Source: Cenococcum geophilum (taxonomy: Eukaryota). From it: a stretch of DNA of 64,000 nucleotides. The notes beneath the pieces were generated by a model that ran no database searches, was not told where the DNA came from, and was given only the letters and a program-made list of their open reading frames with translations. Positions within the stretch are counted from its first letter, which is position 1. Every line of letters begins with the position of its first letter. This document shows positions 39,739 through 51,888 of this stretch, piece after piece. The position numbers were made by a program, and so were the translations under genes. The stretch covers positions 4,526,001 to 4,590,000 of the forward strand of contig CP158636.1 in assembly GCA_050273025.1 (NCBI GenBank). The letters are read 5' to 3'.

Positions 39739-41289
39739 ATGGCGCCGTCGCTTGAGAAAACTATCTATGTTGGCGCTTTCGTGCACAGCAAGTCCCTGCA
39801 AGAGCTGGAGATCTGCCAAATGGGCGCTATTGGGGTAGATGAGAACGGCACGATAGCATTTGTGGAACGCTACGTCACAGATGAGGCTCCACGGAAGAAA
39901 GATGGATGGGAGAGTGCGAAGATAGTGAAAGTAGGAGAGAATGGGTTTTTCTTCCCTGGATTCATTGGTAAGGAGTCTTGTCATTTTCACAATCCGGAAG
40001 TGCTGGATGTTTTTATTTATAAAACTCAGGCAGGCCCGGGGCCTTTGAATACATATTTGGGCTTGAGGTTCTAGGCTTTCTCATCATTTTTTCTTACATC
40101 CATTTTGCAACTCCTATTTTCTAACGGCCAACCAGACACGCACATCCACGCCTCGCAATACCCCAACGCCGGCATCTTCGGCAAATCCACACTCCTCGAC
40201 TGGCTAAACACGTACACCTTCCCGCTCGAATCCAGCCTCTCATCACTCGCCCGCGCCAAGCAAGTCTACAACCGCGTCGTCAGCCGCACCCTGTCCCACG
40301 GCACCACCACTGCCGCCTACTACGCCACCGTGCACGTCGCCTCAACCAACCTGCTCGCCGACATCTGCCTCGAAAAGGGCCAGCGCGCCTTCGTCGGCCG
40401 CGTGTGCATGAACACGCTGTCGCCTGACTACTACCGCGACGCCAGCATCGAGGACGGCATCAGAGACTCCAAGGCCTCCATCGACTACATCCAGCAGATT
40501 GACCCCAATGCCGAGCTCGTCGCGCCGATCATCACGCCCCGCTTCGCCCCGAGCTGCACCAGCGAGTGTCTGCGTGCGCTGGGCGACTTGCACCGCGAGA
40601 CGGGCGTGCACTGCCAGACGCACATCTCCGAGAACAAGCCCGAGGTGGCGCTTGTGAAGGAGCTGTTTCCCGAAAGCAAGTCGTACGCCGACGTGTATTA
40701 TGCGGCAGGCTTGCTGACGCCCAAGATGATCCTGGCCCATGCGGTTCACTTGACCGAGGAGGAGGTGGCCTTGATCAAGGCCTGTGGGGCTAAGATTAGC
40801 CATTGCCCCGCGAGTAACACGGCGCTGACATCTGGGTGCGCGAAGGTGAGGGAGTTGATTGAGAGTGGCATCACTGTGGGATTAGGGACGGATGTTAGCG
40901 GAGGCTTCAGCCCGAGTGTACTGGAAATGGCTAGGCAGGCTATTTGGGTGAGCCGGTTTGTCGCAATGAACGATGGAGACCAGGCTAAGTTGTCCACTGA
41001 AGAGGTGTTGTACCTCGCAACGAGAGGTGGTGCTAAGGTTGTTGGACTTGAGGAGAAGGTGGGTGGATTTGAGGTCGGCATGGACTGGGATGCCCAGATG
41101 ATTGGCCTAGGAGCGGTTCCAGACGGAGGAGAATCTAACTTGGAGGCGGACGATCCAGTGGATATATTTGGGTGGGAAAGCTGGGATGACAGGGTCGCCA
41201 AGTGGGTTTACAATGGCAATGACAAGAGCACGGTGGCTGTGTGGGTGAAGGGAAGATTGGTGCACCAGACAAGCCGATACGAGAGGTGA
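39739..41289 (+). CDS. GUD1: Guanine deaminase (amidohydrolase family)
   Basis: Exon 1 39739-39967 and intron 39968-40135 give PGFIDTHIHASQYPN. Also ITPRFAPSC, QTHISEN, LAHAVHL, HCPASN, GLGTDVSGG. Confidence 0.95.
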
Positions 41290-41709
41290 TCGCTATCAAG
41301 GTCGAACACGTTGGGTATTGCCGAAACGATTCTTAGTACACTTTGTGAATCGTAAATTAAACGAATACCGTGACGAAGATACAATGGATCTTGACTTTTT
41401 TGCTGGCTTAAAACTTTAGTCCTGGTACCCGAGGGAAGGTGATGCCAGGGGGTCTCGTCCCAGCCCTTAGATTTAGCGTATCATCTGTCGATTGGCTCAT
41501 TGAATGGAATCGTCACTATTTTGAACCTAAGGGTCTTTATGTTGACCTAGCGTGGCGAGAGGAGAATTATTGGAACCTCGTAGTTGATTCTAAGGATCAA
41601 CACTCTCATCTCAGGCAGGCATATGTGGTTCAAGCTGCCAAACATGTAAGGCTTCTCGTCGCCATAATTGCTCCGACATCAAAAGTTTCTTTCATACCCT
41701 TGAATGAAG

Positions 41710-43010
41710 TTAAGTTGTTCGAAATAAAATAGACGAAGGATTACCAATTTTTTCGGGAGACTCCATAATGGGTGGAAAGCCTGTGCGAGGGTAGTTCTTG
41801 TCCAGGATTATCCGGATACTGCCGTATTTCATAATATCCACATCTTCAAGGTCTGGCCTCCCGTCGCGAGAGCCAGCATACCCGTCGTACGAACTCGGGC
41901 CTTCCGCTTCTTTATTCGCACTCTCGAGAGGCGCTGAATTGGTCCGCCTTGGCGGGAAGAATTGTATGGAGGGTTCCTCCACAAAACTTTGGCTTCCGCT
42001 CCCAATGGGAAAATTGAAGACCGGTTGCAGAGCCGAATGACCTGTTATCTTTGGTGCTTCTCGTACTGATAAATGGTAGAGGGGGCTAGTGAGTCGATGG
42101 AGTTGTGTAATTAGGAGATATTGTCGAAGATGCAGATGATGGAGTGACTGATGTCATGAAAGGTGCTTCTAGTTGAGCCTTCCTATTTGAGCGTTTTGTA
42201 CTTTTCATGAGCCTGAACGGACTCTTCGGAAGGCTGAGATATTGCATTTTCCGGCGGAAGCATCGGGGGCTTGACGGCCGGCATATCTGACTTCCCTGTA
42301 GTTGCTGTAGCCAAGCCCTTTTTTCGGCGCTTCAACCCCTTCCTACGGGATTTTGTGGAAATGGATCCTTGTGGGAGTATTGTGGTGCCCAGTGTCGTTG
42401 CTAGAGCCATTTCAGGTCTGTCAGAGATCTCGGACGGTCCTAAGGTACTTCTGTTAGGGTATATGGAGCGCTTCGTTCTGGTCCGTAGCAAAAGAGGCTC
42501 TTGAGATTGTTGGGCATTCATAGATCCAGACGGAATAGTTGGGTGGAGAATTGTGGCCTCGAGTTTAGGCGCTATTACAGCTGATAGGGAGGCGCTCGTG
42601 CGGGTGTCCCAGCGGGGCGTGGAGATGCATGAGAGTCCACCGTGGCAGAGGACACAGGGTTCGAATGCTTTCTTGATACAGTTGACATCAAACGCGCATA
42701 AGTCGAACCCTTCCCCGATAAAGACGGCAAACGTGTGCGTGAGCGATTTCGACTGCTGTCATTATTGAGGGCTGTAGAAACCGTGATTGTTGAGGTAGGT
42801 ATGAACGAAGGCGGCAGATCGGCTGACGGGGTAGTCGCAGGCATAGCTGAAATTGCTGAAGGAGTCACGGTTGATATATCTAGCGTTGTCAAAATTTTGC
42901 AGTCAAACTCTTTATTGACCTAATTGTCCACTTCGGAGGCTGTAGACCTTTGATTGAGCTACTCCACTGATTTTCTGGGTGCTCCAAGGACCAAAGGTTC
43001 AACATTAAAC
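41710..43010 (-). pseudogene. Possible degenerate or multi-exon hypothetical gene (low-complexity S/T/P-rich)
   Basis: Three successive minus-strand ORFs (42575-42892, 42183-42521, 41710-41982); the upstream extension is broken by in-frame TAG codons. No recognisable domain and no confident splice model. Confidence 0.25.
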
Positions 43011-43562
43011 AGCAAGCCAAGTGAAAAAGATGCGACGACGCAAGTAGGCAAGTTGATAATGAATAAAATACAGGTATGCAAAGTTCAGGATGAGCTGAGT
43101 GGACAATTTAGAGAAAGCTAGGGAGGTTGTAGAAGGAATCTGAGTTGAATATGACGCAGTTAATGAGAATGCTAAGACGGGAGAAGCTGTCCAAAGTCAT
43201 TCTGGCACTAAAATGAAGGTACGAGAGGAGTTGGTTAAGTATCGACCAGCCGAAATTATCAACAAGAAAAAGGGAAGGGCAGTTTTAATGTTGACTACGC
43301 CGTCTTGTCCCGGACCGACAAAAGCAAGTGAGGAAGAAATCTTAAGATGCTGCAGATAGTTTACATGTTGGTCTAATTTTCAATTCATTTCAGGTGTCGA
43401 ATTCTATTCAGCAACGATAGACCGGTCCCGCCAACTCTACCGCCAACTCAATTCTAGGAATATTGAATCGGTTGCTTAGCTTCGTGCTTAGGCGTTAGAA
43501 CACGAAGCTAGACCCTCCTACAAGGCCGACGATATACCATCAAATGATACAGGTGGTCCATT

Positions 43563-45089
43563 TCACTGTCCTCTCAAGCTTGTTTTGTATAGAGGGGCGA
43601 GGGCCTCCATGCTGTTCCTTCTTCCCCAATTCTTCGGTTGCCGCTTCAGAAACGCACCTACAGCGCCTAGATAGCCTTCGTGTCGTAGGAAATACGCTTG
43701 TTTTTCGCCTTTCGACCAAAACTTGATAGCATAGGAGAGCGTATTCATGGTCTGGTAATGACCTCCAATGAACGAGCCTCCGAAGTAAATGTGCTCGAGG
43801 TTGTGTTTTTCGGCATGCAAGTATGCGATTTGACCAATATTATTACTGCAGAGCGTAAGCGTCAACCGATAAAGTCTACTTCGCGCTGCTAAGATACATA
43901 CCTGACGGCGTAGAGAAGGCTTCGACTAATATCCTCAGGTTTAAAGGATCTGCTAGGCTCGGGCTCTCCATTGATGCCATCAAGCTCACTGTTGTGGCTG
44001 TGGTCTCCATTTGCCAATCCGCCATGATCTTCCGCGTCTCGCTCGGCTTGTCGTTTCATCTTGTACACTTTGCCAAAGCTACTCGCAATTGTCGTGCTCT
44101 TAAGCCCAATTTTGTTGTAGTCCGTGCCGTAGATATCACCGACTAGCATGTCTACCGCGGTGTTATCGCCTTTTTCTGCTAGTCTCAACATGTCGTCGAA
44201 ATTGCGGGCTCCGGTGAGCAGAGAAAGAAGGCCCCAGAGCGTACCGCCTCCAAGCGACGTACCACCAATACGCTGGTATTGCCGTGGTCCTGAGACCTTT
44301 ATCATGGAGACACCAGAACCAATGTTCACGAGAAGATATGGGTAGATATCTAGTCGCGCTTGAACAAAGTGCATAGGGTCCGCTTCGCTGTAAGTGAAGA
44401 CTTCGGAGGGGATTTCGGTGATAAAGAAATCAAGACCTGTGGACGCACGTCCGTTGGTGAATATTTAGCATAGCATGCGTATGATTGTAACCTACCAATG
44501 ATCAAACATTCCATCTCGTCCTCTCGCAAGACCTCTACTTTCAGGGCCTCCTTGATCTTGTCGTAATACTTGAACGCGCCCCCACCAGTAGCCATAACAC
44601 ATAAATCTGACGATTGTGAGCCATTGAGCTGCTGGTGCTCAGCTTGCAGGTGTCGCATGAACTCTATGCATGTGTCGATTTTGTCCGTCTCAAATTTGAG
44701 GAAGTTTAGTCTGCCACCTACTTCCTTGGACTGCGGCTCGCGGGAGAAGTACACTAGCTTTGCTAGAGAACCACCAATCTAGACTTCGCGTTAGAAAGCG
44801 GGTCTTCAGGAATTCGCACAAGAGACGTGAATATTACATCAACGGCAATGTGGCTTACGACAGCCGTGTGGTTTGGCAGACGGATATCCTTGGTGTCATG
44901 CTCGTAGTCATCGCTCTGTGGAGTAGTCGGGTCGTCGTCGACAATGAAAGCACCCTGGACATTGATTCTCACAGCTCCCGGGTGGGTGATGGCGTCCTGA
45001 ATGTCGGGTTGGGTCGTTCGTCGTTGGTGCTGTTGGTGCTTCCCGGTTTCCTCCGCGCCCGCAATGGCGCCTGCCATCTCCACCGGCAT
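43563..45089 (-). CDS. CAB1: Type II pantothenate kinase
   Basis: Introns 44779-44837, 44437-44495 and 43846-43901 give [63 protein letters not shown]. Start may be ATG 45089 or 45077. Confidence 0.94.
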
Positions 45090-45714
45090 GGGCTGCGGGG
45101 GTTTGCGTGTGCTTAGCTGCGGGTCGACAACTGTGGATGAGGTACGACGATGGTTCACCGAACGGCAGCCTCAAGGTCGCACTATATGCAGAGCGAAGTA
45201 GAGTGAGGATGTAAGTAAGGTTGCAGACTGCTCCATCCGCCCGGCTTGAGTGGGACCCAGATGGGTTGGCAGGCTCAGAATTACTCGGTATACTCAGGAC
45301 TGAGGTCTTTGAGGCGATCAAACGCATTTGTATGGACCAAAAGTCCGACGAGATTACGGCCATCGGGGCTTATATATATATGTGTATATTTAACTGAGGG
45401 CCGAGCACGAAAGACCTTTCCTTTTGGCTCGGCAATGTTCTTCCACATATGACTGAGTCTTTCACCTTGAGATCGGCGTGCGGTTGGTAGCACTTTTGGT
45501 CGCGTGCCCAGAGAACACTGTCAAACAGTTATATACCGCTAAAGCATACGCGGAAATAAACTGGATTAAGAACGCCTCCCACCCTTGGGTATAAAACGTT
45601 GAAAATATGGTGCGAAACGCCTCGGAAATATCAGAAGTCACCGTCACAATGTGCTAAGCCTCCTGTCCATTTCAGAAAACACCAATCTCAGTCAATCCAA
45701 CGCCTCCGCGGTGC

Positions 45715-47087
45715 TCAAATTTTGACGCCTTGATTCCGCAGTTGGTTTTCAATTCGTGATCCAAGGGATACTTCCTCAAAGCCGGGCGGCAAACCGCAGC
45801 CAGCTCTATGGAAAAGTTAGTGGGGGATTGAGTAGGCAAGAGGAACCACTCACTTAAGGAACTCAACCTTCAAATTACGAGCCTTGTCCTTAAGATCAAC
45901 CTGAGTACGATCATCTAAGAGTTTGTGACCCGCAGCCTCGTCATGCCTTTTTATATCTTTCCAACTGCAGCCAATGTCCCCAATATAATCGATTAGAGCT
46001 TGACACGCTTCAACGGACCATGGATTCCGAGCTCTCCGTGCTTGGTTGTTGAGTTTAGCCCGTTGGCTAACATGCTGTCTCGCCAACGCCTTCACTTCAC
46101 TATACTGAGTATACTGGGGGGCAGAGCTAGAAGGCGCCCTTGCTACAGTTTCCTCGCCAGATTCAGGAGTACTATCCCTTACCAATAGACTGTAGTCTTC
46201 ATCCTGCTGTGTCGCTCGTGGTTGGTGACTCGGAGGCGCCGGAGAAGTTGTAGCAAAGCGGGCACGTTTCGCTTTTGGGACTTGCCGCCTCTGCTCGCTG
46301 GTGCCCTGTTCGAACTCATCGTCTCCGCTAGATTCTTCTACGACCTCGAGCCTCCTTTTAGACGCCACTCGCGACGATTTGCCTTTCTTGTTTGTTCTTT
46401 GTGCACTCTGGGATTGGCCAAACCCGTCTTGCCATTCAACCCGTTCAGGATTTGGTTGAGGGTCAATAAACCTTCGACGATTTTCCGGCTCGTTCTTCTC
46501 TTGTCGTCTGATACGACTTAATGTTCGGGCTGAAGAGCTTGGTGCTGATGCAGCAGGTGTTTCCTCTCGTCTCTCTTCACCATAGTCATCGTCATCGTTA
46601 GGGGCAGGCTGCCAGGTACCACCACCATCATCATTATGAGTTTGTTCACAGGGTTCCTCCCTCTGAACCTCAATCTCAGTTGGGATTTCGGAGGGAGCTT
46701 GTCCTGTAGGGCGCTTTGGTCTTGTTCCTAAGAAGCTGATTGCCTCTGGGTGTAACCTGAATAGTTGTTAATCAGTTTCGCAAGAAAATTTGATAAAAGT
46801 TCTAAAACCCACGATTTCTTGGGATCGAAGCTCGGTCTGCTGCGCTTCCTTTCACTCCTTTGTCCTGAACCAGTAGAAGTCTTCTGGCCCCGCGGAGTCC
46901 CTCGTGGTGCTAAACCTAGTGAGGCTCTATCCGCAATGCTCTCTGCCTCATGACCCCGACCCCCTGCGGCCCTTTTGGCATTTCGCTGCGTAGGTCGAGT
47001 GGTTGCTGGGAGGATGTGTCTCGACAACGGCTGAGGGGTCGGAGAAATGCGACGGCTGGAGGACCGAACAGCTCTGCGGTCGGCCAT
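45715..47087 (-). CDS. Single Myb/telobox domain protein (TRF-like telomere-repeat-binding family), ~422 aa
   Basis: Introns 46757-46812 and 45806-45853. C-terminal RNPWSVEACQALIDYIGDIGCSWKDIK...RTQVDLKDKARNLK telobox; FIDPQPNPERVEW motif; the rest is low complexity. Confidence 0.8.
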
Positions 47088-47802
47088 TGTACGATTAAAT
47101 ATCGGATTGGGTGAGTTCGCGAATTGCACGCGGCAATGCGCCAGGCACAATAAGGAGGGGAGTCAAATAATATCTTACTGGCGTTGGTCTTAGTGAACAA
47201 GCCGGTGGTTTTTTTGGTCGGGTGTTTGTTATTGCTAAGTATGAGCTCGCGCCACATGCAGGTAGGGCAGAACGGGTTCACGTGACGTTCTAGATTGATC
47301 AGGTCGACACTGCTGGATCCAACGGCCAGCCGGCCTGTCCGGGTGCCTTCAAAGCCACCTAGAGCACAATGGCTAAGGACGTTTCTGTCTGCGAAATATT
47401 CAACACTTTTCTCCACAGTCCTCTTTTGTTGCTCCTTGGGTTGTAGTCTTTCCAGAAATAACAAGTCGCCGTGTGTCTCCTTTCCCAGGTTGCGAACCCC
47501 TTGCACCTTTCCCACTTCCGAGGTTCCCTTCCCTTGTTGCACTACCCTAGCGCCTCAATTTGGAGAGCCTCTCCCAAAATTACCTCATATTGCTACAATC
47601 CACGTCGTCACCTATATCGAAACCCCCGTTCCCATTGTTCACTCACCCTTTATCCGTCTACCTCAGGCCCGTGCCAAAAGCTTTTGTCCCTCCTTCAAAG
47701 AACATCCGTCCTTCAACACGTTGCCCGCGCGCCTAGTGTGGAGTTCCACGCTGTCTTTTTGAGGCACTCCGCAACCCCTTTCAGAATACTTTCTAGATCA
47801 CC

Positions 47803-49493
47803 ATGAGACTACGAAAACGGCCGGCACCTGTCCTTCTCCTCCTTATACCTGCCCTACCAGTCTTCGCATCTTCACTTCCAGGGGACGTGGAGGCAAAACA
47901 GGTAGGTCGTGCCGTCTCCGTGCAAGACTATCCCGCAGCAGCCACCCTTCCGCCGGTATCACCGACCCTAAAACTGGATGTTGGCACCAAGGATGCGCCC
48001 GTTGATGGACTAGATGGAAAACCACACAAGGGGCCATTTGTGGAGGGAAAGCTAGGAAAACCAAAAAAGCCTGCTGCGGAGGTGGAAGATATCCTGCCAG
48101 TTGCTTCAAAACTCCCTGAATCTTCGAGCAAAAAATTGATCGAAGAGGTCCTTGAAAACGATGGGGTAATGGATGATCCCGATCGCGTCGCGCCGCAGAA
48201 AGGGACAACAGGAACAGAGGGTGGTGTGTCTGCGAAGGATAGAGATAGGAAGAAAGAGGAGGACCGGACTGGTGAGAAGGCGGAAAAGATTCCAGATCCA
48301 CCCAAGGAAGCGCCTGCGTTACCTCACAGTGAACAAGAGTCGATAAAAGATAAGGCACCAACAGAACCATCGACCCGCAAGCTTGGTGCAGTGGGTCTGG
48401 AGGTATGTTGCTTAGCTCATTTCCAGTCATAATATCACTTGGCTAACTAGCTTTTACTCTTAGAAACCTACAGACCTGCCCGATACCCCCCATGATATAC
48501 CTCACCCTGTACCTCCTACGTTACCCAAGGACGACCCTCTAAACACTAGCCCCACACGCAAAGGTTCAGACTCAGCGCCCTCATCCAGCGATGATGACGA
48601 CACTAGCGGCGTCATTCAGCCGTTCCATTCCTTCATACTTTCCCTAACAATGATTCTCTTCTCAGAAGTCGGCGACAAAACATTCCTTGTTGCTGCTCTA
48701 ATGGCTATGCGACACCCCCGAGTTCTTGTTTTTTCCGCCGCATTTTCTGCCCTCATCGCGATGACCGTTCTTTCTGCTGTACTCGGTCATACCGTGCCCA
48801 CATTACTTCCGAAACGATTTACAAATTTTGCTGCGGCGATACTGTTTCTTGTGTTTGGTGCAAAAATGTTACGCGAGGGTTATGCAATGAGCCCCGATGA
48901 AGGCGTTGGGGAGGAAATGAAAGAAGTGGAGATGGAATTAGAAGAGAAGGAACATTTGGCGCGGCGGAATAGTCGCAGGCGATCGTCCATCTCGCCATAT
49001 GTTTTGGAAGCGGGACGCGCAAGACGATCACGATCGAACCCGAGACTTCCAGCGCCACCCAGAAGCCCGTCATCTTCTCCTTCCCGCTCTCCATCTCCTA
49101 ATGGCTCTTCAATTGCTGGAATGTTGGCTGGACTACATAATCTTTTTTCTCTTCTATTAAGCCCTGCCTGGGTCCAGACGTTTGTAATGACTTTCCTGGG
49201 TGAATGGGGTGACCGGAGTCAGATTGCTACGATTGCGATGGCAGCAGGTCAGGATTACTGGTGGGTCACTGGAGGTGCTATCAGCGGCCACGCTGTTTGT
49301 ACGGCAGTGGCAGTGGTTGGCGGGCGAGCAATAGCAGGGAAAGTGAGCATGCGAGTTGGTAAGTTGAATTTGCCGTCAGGAAACCCTCTCGGTCATGCGT
49401 GTATTAACCATTGTGATAGTGACATTGGGAGGCGCTTTTGCTTTCCTTGTATTCGGATTGATATATCTTCTCGAGGCCATATATTCTGGTTAA
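47803..49493 (+). CDS. GDT1: GDT1/UPF0016 (TMEM165-like) Golgi Ca2+/Mn2+ transporter
   Basis: Signal peptide; introns 48403-48463 and 49359-49419; two E-x-G-D-[KR]-[ST] motifs (EVGDKT, EWGDRS). Confidence 0.93.
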
Positions 49494-49988
49494 TTTGCAT
49501 TCCTATGAATTTTGGAATGGGGTGATACCCATGACCGGCGAAAAAGGTTGCGGAGACTTTACGATGTACGCCCGTTGTAATACAGGTCCACAGCGGTACT
49601 TTTTTTAAAACTTCTGTAATATTAATTGTATGGCCGACGGTGTGGGTCGAAAAGGCTAAAATGGGTCATGGGAGTCGCAAAGGTCTATTTATCAGCTAGA
49701 TTTGGAGGCTGTGATATTGAGTGGATAGAGTCGGTTGATAGGAAAACTTGTCGATTGTTTTATGCAAAGAAGATACTGTACATGACTTCGCCTCGGATAA
49801 TAACAAGTGTACAGTCACCTAAATACTTCTACACGCGAGAATAATTTTCTTTAATACTTTTAGTTATCGAGTTTACTCCAAATGGAAAGCTATTAAGTGT
49901 ACTATCCCTATTAAACATACTACGCGGGAATTAAATGCATATGCAGCCCGGCAATTCATTTACGAATTTAACAGTCTGTCTTAGGCTC

Positions 49989-50633
49989 TTATCTCTCGTC
50001 ATTCATGTGTAAGACCATTCGCAAATCTTCCGAAAGTTCGTATACCCTCTCTTCAGGGATAAGCCTTCTCTCGATAAGCTCGCCAATGGTCAAGTCAGAA
50101 TTTTCATCGAGAGTTGCTTTCAAAGCCTTAGCTCTCTCCGTAACGTCTTCGATTCCAACGACCCACTTCTCCACCCATTCCTCTGTCACAGCGGCAGGAA
50201 TTCCAATTTGAATGCTCCGATACGGCAACCTTCCCAAAGCAGGTGTACGTTCTGGATCCCATTGAACCTTGACATTCGCATTCTTTCCCTTCTGTTCAAG
50301 GGTTGGAGTCACTGTAGATATGCCATGAGTGAGCACAGCCAGTGATAATAGATGTTTGAAATGCTCATGCTTCATTTTTATGGCAAGGATATGGGCTTGG
50401 CGTGCATCTTTGTAGGAATACCCCGATCGATACATCATCCAAGACCAACTTGGTTTAACCCATGTCATACGAGAGAAACGGAAATCAGGTGAGGCATTCA
50501 GCTTTTGCTGCTTCACGGCTGGTATGGCGATCGTGGAGGAGTAGGCTTGGTAGACTGTAATTGTGTCTTCATCGTAAGAAGCGCGAATTTGTCGGTACGG
50601 AGTTGGTAAACGATCAGAGGCATTTGACTCCAT
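49989..50633 (-). CDS. DUF4291 family protein, intronless, 214 aa
   Basis: RQIRASYDEDTITVYQAY, RMTWVKPSWSWMMYRSGY, VQWDPER and RSIQIGI motifs; ATG at 50633. Confidence 0.85.
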   Translation of the reverse strand: MESNASDRLPTPYRQIRASYDEDTITVYQAYSSTIAIPAVKQQKLNASPDFRFSRMTWVKPSWSWMMYRSGYSYKDARQAHILAIKMKHEHFKHLLSLAVLTHGISTVTPTLEQKGKNANVKVQWDPERTPALGRLPYRSIQIGIPAAVTEEWVEKWVVGIEDVTERAKALKATLDENSDLTIGELIERRLIPEERVYELSEDLRMVLHMNDER

Positions 50634-50836
50634 AATGAAGTAATTCAAAACAAAACAAGCTTCTTGCGTGCGGATATCAATTGCCCGAAAGGTGCTGTGG
50701 TTTCGAGGATGTTGCAAGCTATAAGTTTCGGTGGTGTAACTATTGAGTCACTTTATCTCGTGAATCAGACCCGTTGGTACGTGCACTACGCGCACGGGCG
50801 GGCATACTGCTCCTTATTAACCAACTAAATCTCCCC

Positions 50837-51028
50837 GAGGGTCTGAGAGCTTACGGGCGTTAAAATACCAAAATGAATCTTTTTCACTGCCGTATCTCGA
50901 CCCTTTTATAACGCCTAATTATTATAAAAATACTATAAGGTACGAGCTCTTTAGCTTCTCTATCTATTGCATTAAATAACAACGTCGTAGCTATATTATA
51001 TAAAATATTAGATGTAGGTAGTCGGTCG
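50837..51028 (+). repeat. Dispersed ~190-bp repeat; copy of the element end at 37450-37662
   Basis: Shared GAGGGTCTGAG..TATCTCGACCCTTTTATAACGCCTA..GAGCTCTTTAGCTTCTC..CGTCGTAGCTATATTATATAAAATATTA..GTAGTCGGTCG. Confidence 0.8.
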
Positions 51029-51888
51029 CATTTTGCCAGGTGAAACCTAAGTAGATAGCAAGGTACGGGCGACCCAGGGGCGACCCAGGGGACGACGGAA
51101 ACTCACTGGATATTCTTTTCAGCTCTAGCTCCTAAAATACCCTTAGCGCTTGCCTAAAGCGGCATAAAGAAACGAAAAGGGAGTGCGCCAGGATGGCCGG
51201 GCTTTCAAGCGCCAGGCTTTCGTGAGGCTGAGCCGTATTTTCAGCGACCGACCGCTAGCCAGAAACCCGTGCTTAGGGTGTGGCATGGAAGGAGGGGGAC
51301 TTTTCGTTTCTACGGTTTTCCCCATTTCTCCAAAGCATCCATCTCAAACAGACTCCTTCATCCTAGGTTGACATCCGTCCCTAGCGCCATCGACCTGGTG
51401 CTCGGGAAGCCCACTTGTCATTAAGGTTCGGCTGCATCCTTCGTCGGATCATTTGCAAGGCTGATCCCGCAGAAGCACGTGTGATTGGAGCCGCATAACT
51501 GCTGCAAACTCCTGCAGAGGGGCGCGTACCTTTTGCCGCATTCTTCATCATGTCTTTCACTAGAGACCTCCTTCCGCCATAATCCGACCTTACCTTCGCT
51601 ATCTGAAGTTGCCTGTTGGGTAAGTTATTCGTTACGGCGCAACAAGGCTGAAATACACTGACTCCGGCACTTTCAAAAGCTACTCCCTGTCGTTTTAATC
51701 GCAGAGATTTAGGCTGCAACTACGGGCTTTGCCCATTTCTAACAAATCGTTTTCTTGGAGTGGGAACCTCATTCCTAGCAGCATATCCCATACTGCATCT
51801 GCCTCTAGTCATTGGATGTGGGAGGGAGAGGGCAGTTTTCAGTGCTCCCTATACTTCAGCCTGGACTCGTTAACCCCTAAAAGCACAC

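Noticed and set aside
41439..41732. 97-aa plus-strand ORF with WNRHYFEPKG
   Set aside because: The motif is too short to assign, and there is no supported gene model.
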